From: Microbotryum violaceum
Lineage: Eukaryota
Reading direction: 5' to 3'
Assembly (NCBI GenBank): GCA_001244265.2
Contig: LN717261.1
Span: 1,441,591 to 1,505,590, forward strand
Length of the DNA stretch: 64,000 bases
In this document: positions 12,934 through 32,200 of the stretch, piece by piece
How positions within the stretch are numbered: position 1 is the first letter of the stretch
Layout of the letters: every line of letters begins with the position of its first letter
The notes under the pieces: generated by a model
Told to the model about the DNA's origin: nothing
Seen by the model: the letters and a program-made list of their open reading frames with translations, nothing else
Databases searched by the model: none
Program-made: the position numbers and the translations under genes

Positions 12934-13423
12934 ATGTCTGGTGCAAAGCCATGCCAACGAGGGTCGGGAATCTCACCACCAATGCCTGCGTGAGGCATCA
13001 GGTTCTTGCAATGCACAAAGTACATGGTGTGAGATTGACAACCTCCTGTGTTTCCTTCTCGCATCATGTCTCCTTTTCTTGGTCTCGTTTTACTTCCTTT
13101 AACCTGCCTTTCACACCTTAGCTCTCTTCCTTTCTGGGCTGGGTCCGTGCGCCTGACACAGGTGGCTGGCCCAGCTGCGCGCTCACCCGAGCCAACTGGC
13201 TCCGTGCTTCTCTTTCTCCTGCTCAAGCAACTTCTTGGTCTGGTCTCCTTGGTCCGTCAATCAGAGCCTTACCACCGCTTGAGCAGGTGTTCGTCGCAAC
13301 TCCATAGGTTATGAGCCCAACGAGCTACCAGCGCGGCCACCCCCGTGTCCGCCCTTGCCTGTCGATTTTTTTTTCGCGCCCTTCGCACGGCCCAGCCTGG
13401 CCCGGCGCTCCGCACGACTCCGC

Positions 13424-16400
13424 ATGCCTGCGGCCGACGACACTGACGCGGCCGGCGATACCAGCTCCGTCGGCCCCACCACGACGCTCGCGGTTCCCCC
13501 ACCGCGCCCACCCACGCAGGTTGCAGCCTTCGCCGCTTCCGACCTCCTCCGCGACGCCAATGGCTATCAGGACTGGGTCCTCACGCTGTGCTCCCGGCTA
13601 CCATCCGACGTCCTTGACTATCTCCAGTCCGGCGTCCCTCACCCATCCTGGCCACCGTCCTATGTCCCCCTGTGGGATCATTACGCCCGCGCCTCCATCT
13701 GCGCCGCCGTCGACCCCCGGATGGTTCTTCCCGGCCTCGCCCGATATTTTGGCGATCCTCACAGCGGTCACAAGATTTGGGTGGCTCTGCGCACGCGATA
13801 CGGTGCCGTCTCGGCAGTCGACCTTCTCCCTGTCGTCTCTTGGCTCTTCAGTTCCGAACCCATGCCAGACACTTCCGACGCGTTCCTCCAGTTCCGCGAT
13901 TGATTCGAGAACGACTCCCGCCTCCTGAACGACTCCAAGGTCACAACGGATTCTCTACTCGCGTCCCACTTGCTTGCCCGGATGCCCCCTTCTCTTTCCG
14001 CCTGGCGTACGACCTTCGTCAACTCTCAGGGTACGTCCAGTACACTACCCCCGCGGCCGAGATCCTCGACCGTATTTATCGAAGGCTCGCCCGGTCAACT
14101 CACCTGCCATCGCTGTTGCTGCCTCCCAACAATGCGCCCCTCACGGACCCTGCCCCAACCCCTCCTGTCGCAAGATGCACTGGCTCAGGGATTGTCCCGA
14201 CACCGCCTGGGCCGCCGCCTTCCGTGCCCGCAAGGCTTCAGCTGTTGCAACTTCCCGAGGTCACAAGAAGGGTTCCCAAGCCGTCGCCTGCCCCGCCGTC
14301 GCCGAGATGCCCGAGCCAGCCACATTCACCGCTTGTCTTCTCGCCACGCCGTCAGCCTTTCCCAAGTCCGCTTGGCTCCTCGACTCTGGGGCCAATCGAC
14401 ACATGGCGAACGACAGCAAGCTCTTCTCGACGCTCCACCCATTCACCGGTCCACATGTTGCTGGAGTTGCCGGCTCCCTTCCGTCCACCGGTTGTGGCTC
14501 TGTGCGCCTATCGACCCCAGCTGGCCCTGTCGTGGCAACCAATGTCCTCTTGGTGCCCTCCCTACCGTGCAACCTGCTCTCCGTTCGGCGCTTGGATTGT
14601 CTTGGGTTCAGCATCTCCTTTGGCTCCGGCTGCGCTAAGATCAGCAACTCCTCTGGCACCGTCGTTGCCACTGCTCAAGCCATTGTGAATGACCTGTACG
14701 CGTTGGACGTCGCACCCTCACCCTGTATGCCCAATGCCCTCCTTGCCACCCCTCACAGAGTTTCCTTGCTGACTATGCACCGTCGCTTTGCGCATTTACC
14801 CGTGGCGCAACTTAAGAGCGTTGTGCAGAAAGGTTTGGTCACTGGGGTGGATTGGGTATATTCAGAGGAAGAGGTTAGGTCTTTCAATTGCAATGCTTGT
14901 CTCGCTTCCAAAGCGCATGCCCTCCCTTTTGCTCGTTCCAAGTCCATTGCGTCCGGCCGCCTGGACCTCGTCCACGTCGATGTTGCCCAAATGCCTCGGG
15001 CCAGCTTCGGCGGACATCGCTACATTCTCGTGATCATCGATGACTACACCCGTAAACAATGGTGCATCCTCCTCGCTTACAAAAGTGACGTCTTCCACCG
15101 TCTCCGCGACTGGATCCTTGAGGTAGAGAACGCCACGGGTGATCGAGTCAAAACCATTCGCTCTGACAATGGTGGCGAGTTCACTCTGCGCAATTTTGTC
15201 GACTTCTGTTTGGCCAAGGGTATCCGTCGCGAACTCACTATCCCGTACACGCCTCAACAAAACGGATGTGTTGAACGCGCAAATCGGACCATTAAAGAGG
15301 GTATCCTGGCTTTGCTCTACTCGGCTGGTGCCAATCCGCACCTCTGGGCCGAGGCTGCCAGGTATTTTGTGCACTGCAAGAACTTGATGCCTCATGCGGG
15401 CATTCGTGGGGACATACCTGACACTTGCTGGCATGGTGTTGCACCGGACATTTCATCACTGCGTGCCTTTGGCTGCCGCGCTTGGCACTGCCTCCCCTCG
15501 GTTAAGCGCACCGACCTCGACCCCAAGGCTATGCCACTCATATTCGTCGGGCTCGATGACCACGCAAAGGCGTATCGTCTATTCGACCCGGCTACACGCA
15601 AAATCATCCTCAGTCGCAATGTTGTCTTTTGCAAATCTGAGTTCCCTGCCCCGCAACCTGTGGCCGACACCCAGACTGGCACCACCCCACTTCCTGTGGC
15701 CGCCGACATTTACCCTGACCAGGTAGACCACTCTGAGCCTTTGCCCGTTGCTCCCCTCGCTCTCTGACGCCTTGCGCCGAGCTTCCTGGACCTGTGCCCG
15801 CTGCCTCTGACTGTAATACCCCAGGCCCTTCACGACTAGGTTACACAGTCCAAAAGACTGACAATTTCAATAGATGCATATTGAAATCAGAAGGGTAGTT
15901 AAATAGCGTAAGGCAACCGAGCCTTACACCCGCCACCACCAGACTTAGAGATACTCTAAGCATGATTAGACAAATCTCTAATGGCCCCACCGTTCATTCA
16001 TTCATTCGTCACGGCCATTAGAGATCAAATAACTAGGTCGGCCCAAGGGCTAAACCTTGCGCCGGTCCTGCTGGGGCTTTTCTCCGCGGCGTGCGAAAAT
16101 AGCATCCTTCAAAAATGCCCCACCGGGATCCGAACTGCCGACCTTTATCTATTGAAATTGTCAGTCTTTTGGACTGTGTAACCTAGTCGTGAAGGGCCTG
16201 GGGTATTACACTGACCAAGGCCTGCGCCGTCCCTCCCCGGCCCGTGACATCCCTGACCAGGACTCACGTGCGCCTCCTGCCTCTGACCAAGGCTCCCCCA
16301 CATCCCAAGCTGGTGACCACTTTTAACCAGGACTCTCCAACCTCCTGTGCCTCGGACCAGGGCAGCTCTGACTCGGCCACCTCCATGCCCTGTCCATCAC

Positions 16401-18191
16401 CACAACCGGTAGCTCCATGTCCTTTGCCTACGCCGCCCTCGCCTGCTCAATCCGTATTGGCCGACCCCATCAACCTCTTGCCACGCTCGGGTGATGTTGC
16501 TTCCACCTGCCTTGCGCAGGATTTCCCTGACGACCTGGATGCTGCGCTTCACTCGCCTTTGCCCGTCGCCTACCTTGCCTCTGGAGCCGCTGCTCTGCTC
16601 TCCACCTCGCTCGCTGACCCGTCGGAACTGATCGCACCTGCCCGGGACCCTCCTCACTGGCGCACTGCGATGGCAACCCCACAAGCAGACGAGTGGCGTC
16701 TCGCTGCCCAGGCCGAATTCGACTCGCTATCCCGCGATTTCTCGGCCTTCACACCCATTGATGAGTCTCTCGTGCCCGTGGACTCTAAGGTTCGGTTCAC
16801 GCTTTGTCTTCCGCACGAAACGCGACCAACACGGCTGTATCAAGTCTTACAAAGTCCGACTGGTTGCTCGCGGTGACTCTCAGCGTTCAGGCATCGACTT
16901 CGACGAGACCTTTGCACCCGTTGCCAAGTTCACCTCCATTCGCGCACTCCTGGCCCTTGCAGCCGCTCATGGGTACCACGTCCACCAGGCTGACATCGAC
17001 AAGGCCTATCTCCACGGTAAACTGGACACGCCTCTGTACATTTGCGTGCCCGAAGGGATCTACATGCCCGGCAAGGTCCTCCAGCTGCACCGGTCCCTCT
17101 ACGGTTTGCGCCAGGCTGGACGTATCTGGAACAACGAGATTGACTCCGCTTTGTCGGCTCTTGGCTACGTCGCCACGGAGTCTGACCACTGTGTTTATGT
17201 CCGAACTGCCGGTGATGAGCGCCACTATATCGCGCTCTACGTCGATGACTTGCTCATGATCAGCCCTTCCCTCCCAGAGATCGAGCGTACCCTCCAGGGC
17301 CTCGAGCAGCGCTATGGTGTCAAACGCCTTGGTGAGGCAGAGTACGTCCTTGGTATCCAGATTCGGCATTCTGCCGATGGCGCCATCTCCCTCAGTCAAG
17401 AGCAGTACCTCAAGGACGTCCTTGCTTGTTTTGGTATGTCCGATGCCCACCCTGTCACCACGCCCATGCAGGCCGATCTCCGCCTCGAAGTCGAGCTTCA
17501 GCCCACCCCATTCCCGGATCGCACTCGGTACTTGCAGGCAATCGGCTCCCTCATGTACGCATCGACCGGTACTCGCCCCGACCTGGCCTACACCGTCGGT
17601 TACTTGGCTCGGTTCTCTCAGTCACCATCTGCCGCTGCCTGGGGCGCTGTCAAGCACACTTTTCGCTACCTCGCTGGCACTCTGTCTCACGGCCTCCGCT
17701 ACGCTTGCGGGGATCCAGCGCCCTTGGTTGGCTACTCCGACTGTAACTGAGGTGCTTGCGTCCTATCTTCAAAGTCGACCATGGGTTACACCTTTGTCTT
17801 TGCAGGCGCGGCCGTCTCGTGGTCATCTCGCCTCCAGTCCCGGGTTGCCGACTCTACTTGCGACGCCAAGTACCTTGCCTTGTCACACGCTGGCAAGGAG
17901 GCTATCTTCTTGCGTCAACTCTTCGGTGAGCTTGGGCTTCCTCCCTCCCAACCTGTCCTCATCTATGGCGACAACCAAGGCGCCAACGCTCTCACCAAGA
18001 ATCCGGTCTTCCACGCTCGCACCCGGCACATTTGTCTCCGCGAACACTTTGTCCGGGATATGGTTTCCCTTGGCGACATCAGTGTCCAGTACATTGCCAC
18101 CAGCGAGATGACGGCCGATATTTTCACCAAGGCTTTGTCTCGCAACCTGTTTGCTTGGCATCGCGATCAACTTGGTATCTGCTCTCCCTGA
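13424..18191 (+). pseudogene. Copia gag-PR-INT-RT-RNaseH polyprotein with stops, frameshifts and a MITE insertion
   Basis: [65 protein letters not shown]. Premature TGA at 13901 and 17748. Confidence 0.93.
15812..16210. mobile_element. Non-autonomous TIR element (MITE), 64-bp perfect TIRs, TGT...ACA ends, 5-bp TSD CTGAC; possibly Ginger-type
   Basis: 15812-15875 is the exact reverse complement of 16147-16210. CTGAC at 15807-15811 and 16211-16215. Confidence 0.93.
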
Positions 18192-21088
18192 TACTCAAAG
18201 TCACAGGGGTGTGAGATTGACAACCTCCTGTGTTTCCTTCTCGCATCATGTCTCCTTTTCTCGGTCTCGTTTTACTTCCTTTGACCTGCCTTTCACACCT
18301 TAGCTCTCTTCCTTTCTGGGCTGGGTCCGTGCGCCTGACACAGGTGGCTGGCCCAGCCGCGCGCTAACCCGAGCCAACTGGCTCTGCGCTCCTCTCTCTC
18401 CTGCTCAAGCAACTTCTTGGTCTGGTCTCCTTGGTCCAACAATCAGAGCCTTACCACCGCTTGAGCAGGTGAGCACTACACTTCCTTCTTCCTTTACTTT
18501 TACTAGCTATTATAACTCACTGTAGTGCTTGAGCAGGTGTGTAATTGAAGCAACTTCTTGGTCTGGTCTCCTTGGTCCGTCGATCAGAGCCTTACCACCG
18601 CTTGAGCAGGTGTTTGTCGCAACTCCATACATGGCAGCCTCACCCCAGAGGCGTGAATCAGTGCCAGAGGAGTAGAGTAGAGCAAGGATACCCTCCTTGA
18701 TGGTGCAATTGCTGCGCTTGACATGTCCATTTTGTTGGGGCATGTAAGGGATTGTGAGTTCCCAACGAATGCCTTTGGCAAACAGAAGTTGACAAAGTTG
18801 CGCAGGGTGAACTTACCGCCATTGTCAGAGTGGATGGTCTTCACTTTGTCACCGGTGACATTCTTGACTTCAAGAATCCAGTTGCGGAGGCACGGGAAGA
18901 CATCACTTTTGAGTGCAAGTAGGATACACCAGTGCTTGCATGAGAAGTTGTCAATGATGACCAGCATGTATCAATGGCCACCGAAGGTAGGCCGAGGCAT
19001 TTGCGCTACATTGACGTGGATGAGATCCAGACGGCCAGAGGCAATGGACTTGGAACAGGCAAAGGGGAGGGCATGCACTTTTGAAGCAAGACAGGCATTG
19101 CGGTAAAAATCCTGGAGCTTCCTCATCCGAGTACACCCAATCCACCCCAGTAACCAAGCCTCTCTGCACAATGTTCTTGATTTGCACAACGGGCAAGTGC
19201 GCAAGACAATGGTGCAGAGTCAGCAAGGGCACTTTGGAAGGGGTGGCAAGAAGGGCTCTTGGCGTACAGGGCCAAGCGCCAAGGCGTAAAGGTTGTTGCC
19301 AACGGCTTGAGCGGTAGCAACAATGGTGCCAGAGGGCCGGGTGATGCAGGCACGACAAGCTTCAAAGGAGATGTGGTACCCAAGTTGATCCAATTGAAAG
19401 ACGGACAGCAGGTTGCATGGCAGATCCGGCACCAGGAGTGCGTTGGACACGACAATGGGGCCTTTGGCGGTGTGGATGTGAATGGTGCCGCAGCCAATGG
19501 AGGAGAGGGAACCGGCCACACCCCCAATGCGTGGCCCGGCGACGGCGTGAAGCTCGGAGAAGAGGTCCCTGTTGTTTGTCATGTGGTGATTGGCGCCAGA
19601 GTCGAGGAGCCAAGCTGACTTGCGAAATGGTGATGGTGTCGCGAGGAGGCAGGCCGTTAATGACACAAACTCGGGTGTGTCCACTGCGGCTGGGGAAGCG
19701 GCGGGCTGGGAGACCTTGCTGTTACCATGCTTGTTCTGGGCGTCGGCGGTACGGCGAGCTCGGTAGGCGGCAGCCCAGGTGGTGTCAGGACACTCCTTCA
19801 GCCAGTGCATCTTGCGGCAAGACGGGTTCGGGCACGGTCTTGAGCAGCCATGGCAGGGTTGGGGGGGTGGCAACGGCGGCAGCTGGAGCCTCGATAGGAT
19901 GGGCTTTGACGTCGCGGTAGAGGCGTGCAAAGATCTTGGTGGCGGAAGGCATTTTGGCGGAATCACCTTGAGCAGCGACAAAGGTGGTGCGCCAGGCGTC
20001 AAAGGACGAGGGAAGGCGAACGAGTAAGTGCGACGCAAGCAGAACGCTCACAGTGACCTGGGAGTCTTCCAGCAGTCGGGTGTTGTTCTCGAAACTGTTG
20101 CAGAATTGGAGGAACAGGTCTGGAGTGACGGGCACAGAGTCGGAACTCAAGAGCCGCTGAATGACCGGGAGGAGATCGACGGCGGAGACGGTGCTATAGC
20201 ACTCGCGAAGCGCCAGCCAGACCTTGGGTGCAGTGAGTGGGTTGTCGAGGTAGGGCGACAGGCCTGGGAGGACAGCTTGCGAGTCGACGGAGGCGCAAAG
20301 CGAGGAGCAGGCGTAGTGGTCCCACAGAGGGACGTACGAGGCAGGCCAAGACTCGACGGGGACACCCGTCTTGAGGTAACGGACGACGCCGGATGGGAGG
20401 CGTGAGCGGATCGTGAGGACCCAGTCTTGGTAGCCGGACAAGCTGCGGAGCAGCTCGGTCGTTGTGAAGGCCGCAGCGTGGGTGGGTGGGTGCAAGGGCG
20501 GCACGTCGGGCGGAGCGGGTGTGGTGTTGGGAGGCTTGGCCTCAGGCGCGGAGGCGCCGGCGGCGGACATGTTGGGAAGGGCAAAAAAGGAGAGCGAAGG
20601 GCGGACACGGATGTGGCCGCGCTGGTGGCTCGGTTGGGCTTATAACCTATAGAGTTGTAGCGACTGCTCAAGCGGTGGTAAGGCTCTGATCGACGGACCA
20701 AGGAGACCAGACCAAGAAGTTGCTTGAGCAGGAGAGAGAGGAGCGCAGAGCCAGTTGGCTCGGGTTAGCGCGCGGCTGGGCCAGCCACCTTTGTCAGGTG
20801 CACGGACCCAGCCCAGGAAGGAAGAGAGCTAAGGTGTGGAAAGACAGGCCAAATGGGGGTAAAATAAGACCAAGAAAAGGAGACATGATGCGAGAAGGAA
20901 ACATAGGAGGCTGTCAATCTCACAGACTGGTCCGCCAACGCGTACGCTCTTGACGCAATAGTCCTCGCTTTGCCTCATGCCATTCTCCGATTCCGTTCTA
21001 TCTCGACTATCTGCATCCCAATAATCGAACCTTGAAGCGACAACCTCGTAGCCGATGTCAACGACCTAGTCCTCCAATGTACAACATT

Positions 21089-21253
21089 TTCAGTTACATT
21101 AGTGACCAAATATTGGATTCAGTTACATTAGTGACCAAATATTGGACTTAGTGACATTAGTGACAGGCGAAAATCTGGTATAATAAGTGACCGAGGGTCC
21201 GACTTTTGTCACCTATTAGTGACAGGGCCAAAACAATTAGTGACCCAGCCCTA
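21089..21253 (-). mobile_element. hAT-like transposon end remnant with subterminal repeats
   Basis: Minus-strand terminus TAGGGCTGGG, several TTAGTGAC motifs, and a 29-bp tandem duplication at 21089-21146. Partner end not found. Confidence 0.5.
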
Positions 21254-21379
21254 CAAATGAGCTCCCCCGCGCGGGCGAGTTAAGGCAGCTTTTCTGTTTT
21301 CTGGCCCGGTTGGAGGTTGGTACAGGTCGGGTGCACCAATGCCCTCCCCAACCCATCCCACCCCGGCGCAGTGCGCCTC

Positions 21380-21605
21380 AAATGGTCATAAGTAATAAGG
21401 GGCCACTAGTTTGTGTAAGACTCACCATCATCACAAATAACACTTTCCGAAGACTTGTTCGAATTATGTCATAAATATCATACAGCTTGTCGTAATCAGT
21501 CCATTCAATTTGTGTAGTTCTGTATACCATCAACTGATATGTGTACAACAGATCCTGTGTAGGCCTTTTCTCATATTTGTTAATTTGGATACGACGGAGG
21601 GAGTA
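21380..21605. mobile_element. Tc1/mariner (Stowaway-like) end remnant
   Basis: AT-rich tract ending TTAATTTGGATACGACGGAGGGAG-TA, matching the CTCCCTCCGT/TA terminal motif. Partner end not seen. Confidence 0.5.
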
Positions 21606-21980
21606 CACACCGCGTCTATGGGGCCCGAGGGAGGGATCGGTCCTGGTCCCTGGAATCCTGGATCGGTCCTCGGGCAGACAAACACTTATTCTGAACGGTG
21701 TGCACTGTGTATAGAAAACGAATATCTAGTGAAGCCCCTTCGGACGGTCGACTTGGGTCCAGCGCCAATCAGTCCTGCATCAAATCCTAGAGAGTAATTG
21801 AAGAGGCAAAATTGAGGCGGGGCTGTGCGGCCGCACGCGGAGCTCAGATTGGCGAGCGCTCTGCGTTAACACTTTGACCTCTGCACACTCACGTCAACGC
21901 GACAACGCGCACCCTTGACCCACGCCACGCCCCGCATCTCAATACGTTGAATCCTCCCCACGCCTGTTGAACAAACATTG

Positions 21981-29083
<7,103 letters not shown>

Positions 29084-29248
29084 TGTCTCTGTAAGACACC
29101 AAAGGGGGTTTTAGTGGGTATGGTTGATCCTGGTTCAGGGCCAATGAGTCCTACACTACTGGCTTCTGCCAGTGTGCGTAACAGCATTCCCTCCGACTTT
29201 TCCGAAGATTTCTAGGTATTAATATAATTATGCTGTTAAAGAAGTCTA

Positions 29249-32200
29249 TCAAAAAAAAAAAAAAAAAAAAAAGTCTTCATCAAAGTTCTCGTTGATCTCG
29301 TCACTGAAGGCGCCGTAATCGGTAGTGTCGACGGAATGATGACTCAGATCATCGCTCGAATGATCACTGATGTCAAGAAGGGTGTCATGATCCGTGGTGA
29401 TGTCGTCCGACTCTCCGACCATCCCATCATTGATGCAGTCTGGCCATGTGTGATCCGGCAAGCCACCCGCTGTGGTTCGTTGAAAAACATCAACGTCGTC
29501 GGTGCACCACATTCGAAGCTCGACCCACTCCTCCATTTGCGGTTTGCCGGTTTGCCGGGTGCATTCCCACAGGTGATCTAGGCCGCCCTTCAAAAACCAT
29601 CGGCGCGCAATAGTTCTAAGACGCTCTTCTTCAACTTGCTCGAGCAGCATCATCGCAGAGTCATCCTGCTCATCTAGTTGGGGTAATTGCTTGCGAACTT
29701 GCTGAAACCTCTTGCGACGGCTTATCGGCCACCGTCCAATGCGACGCACTTCCTATCCAAGTCGCTTGATTTCTTGCTGGCATCTTGCGCGAGACAATAC
29801 TGCTGGAATGCCGACACGAACATCCTCATCGTAGGCCCACGGCTCAGTGGGATGACTATATAATATGTTGTTCCAGAGCGGCGCCAAGATTTCGAGTTTG
29901 AGCAGTTCGTTGAGATCCTCTGGGGCTGATGGCGGTACCCTTCGGGTTCTCAAGATCGGATGGGAATCCTGAGAATTGACGAGGATGGCAGCATACTTTT
30001 TCACCTCGTCGTTATACATCACCACTGCCTTCATGAGTCTTGGACGCAAAGAATTAAGATTCTTGACCAGGAGACCAGCCGCTTTCGTACCTATGAGCTG
30101 GCATTGCTAAACATCAGCGTTCCTTCTGCCGGCGCAGAAGACTCGTACCATGGATTTCCTACCGAGGGCTTTACCGCCTAGGCGCGGGAGCCGCAGCTTC
30201 TCGGCTCCCTGTCGATATTGTACGACCAAGTCCCACAGGGAGCGAGATGCGACAATCAATGTGCAGGCAAGTTCATAGTCTGTGCCAATCAAAGGTATTG
30301 AAATATTTAAGCGAGGACAACGGGGATCACACCAGAGGGTCAGAATGGAAGAAGGGAGTGACGTACCAGGGTCCAGGACACTGATGTTTATGTCCGACGT
30401 GCGTAAGGAGTTCAGTCGATCATCAAGAACCTGCCGTTGTTTGACCAGCTGTTGAAGTTTAGTCGACTGTTCTATAAGCTTGTTCGTATCTATGGTGTTC
30501 ACGCAGGCTAGGTCTTCCCTGTAGCATTCGAAAAGTGAATACCGAAATTAGGTTACCGGTTCGTGTCTCACTCCCAAACGACGACGATAGCTCAGACCCA
30601 CCAGCCTGCTGCGATGTCTCTGTTAACCAGCTCAAGCTTGAACATGACGTCGCGCATCTCGGCTACCTCTTTGCGCTGCTCTTTCAGAGAGATCTGCTTG
30701 GACGCTGCACGTTGCGCGTGTCATTGTTCAAGGAGGGTAGCGACCGTCTATTCGGCGGGGCGTTTAACGACCCAGCAATGACTCTGTCGGCTTCGGCCTT
30801 GAGCTTGATTGCGTTTTTGAGTCGAGAATTAAGTTTGGTCACTGGGCATGATCGATACGCCAAAGATCAACGACATGGTAAGGTAGTGCATGAAAGACTG
30901 GACGCTTAGGCGAACCAAGTTCGGCCAGATGCTGCTTGTTATAAGCAGACGCTCGACGATTGATGTTCTCCAGCCGATGGGAGGCACTGGATGATCGATT
31001 CATGGGTATCATGCCTCGAAGCTGCGACCACAAGCGCTCGGCTCCCTCGGCATCAGTCAAACCAAAATTGGGCAGAAAGCGCGGACAAAGTCAACCTGGC
31101 AGGACCACTTGTGCGCATAGGCATGCATCGACGAGAGAGCAAATTCTAGACGCGGTAAGTGGTCTGCCAGAAGATTGTGCTGCGCATACCGGGGAGAGAT
31201 GAGCTGCTCAGCTACGGACTAAGCCAATGCTCAGGCTGAGTGTCACGAACAGACTCACACGGCGTAAGTGCGACGATAAGTTGCAGGCGAAATCATACGC
31301 GACTCTGACGCGACTTCGATCCTGACTCGAACTTTGGTGGGAGCCCGATCCCGAGCTGGATCCGACGTTTGTAGCGTCACTGGTACGCGCAGGCCCCGTA
31401 GTACAATCCGTTTCTCCGACTTCAACTTCTTCGAGAATCCATTTCAACAGCGACACGGGATATACTAACCTGCGGTAAACCAAATTCGCTTAGTAGTGTC
31501 CTTGCCTGGAGTCACAGATGGCCGGTCCACACATACTTTTCACCTGATTGATGAAGGTTGCAAAGTCGCAGGCAATGATCATGACGGCACACTGCAGCAA
31601 CGAGGCCTGTGTCGGCCACTACATTTGATGAAGCGGATGTCACACCACCATCTGCGGCCTTCCAGTTGGCTGTGCATTCGGCCTGTATGATAGAATAGCC
31701 CGTTTAGCAATCACAGGCAGTCGGGTCAACGCATTATTGGGTTCGGGTGACCCGGCATCAGCAGCACCAAGGTACCTTCTCGCCCGCTTCAGTCGATCCG
31801 TCGATCAAAGCTTGGGCGTTTCGAATCTTGTCTGGTGGCAGGAATAACGCTGGACGTGACTTGAGAGGTTCAGCAGTTGCCCGCGCGAATCGTCGATGCT
31901 GAAAATTGCCGTCGACAGCAATGATGACATCGAGGTCATTCTCGCTCTTGCCGGCTTCATCGATCCGAGGCCCAAAACATGCCAGACTAACGTCGGCCAG
32001 ACGCTCGCGCGGGAGAGGCCGAGAATTTCGGCGGTAAAAGTTGCCTGCAGCTGTTGCATAAATGAATATTCATCCATTGCGGCTTGAAGATGCTGACGCA
32101 CGGTTGGACCCTGGGAAGCTTCCAATATTTTCTGTAAGAAACAGTGAATGTTTCCGGCCTGTCCCTGTCCCAGAGCCCACCTTGTTAAAAGGATCCTCCG

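Larger units (their letters stand above)
13028..18629 (+). mobile_element. Full-length Ty1/copia element (family-3 LTR), TSD CATGG
   Basis: LTRs 13028-13306 and 18210-18629. CATGG at 13023-13027 and 18630-18634. PBS GGTTATGAGCCC at 13307-13318. Confidence 0.96.
12934..20924 (-). mobile_element. Decayed Ty1/copia host element (family-3 LTR), interrupted by the element at 13028-18629
   Basis: 5' LTR 20648-20924, PBS GGTTATAAGCCC (20636-20647 rc), frameshifted gag-PR-INT 20570-18630. LWGEAAMY|FVHCKNL resumes at 13027. Confidence 0.9.

Noticed and set aside
29251-29272. Poly(A) run as a retroposon tail
   Set aside because: No TSD or LINE/SINE body is visible. It is more likely a homopolymer between convergent genes, and the poly-Phe ORF end is incidental.
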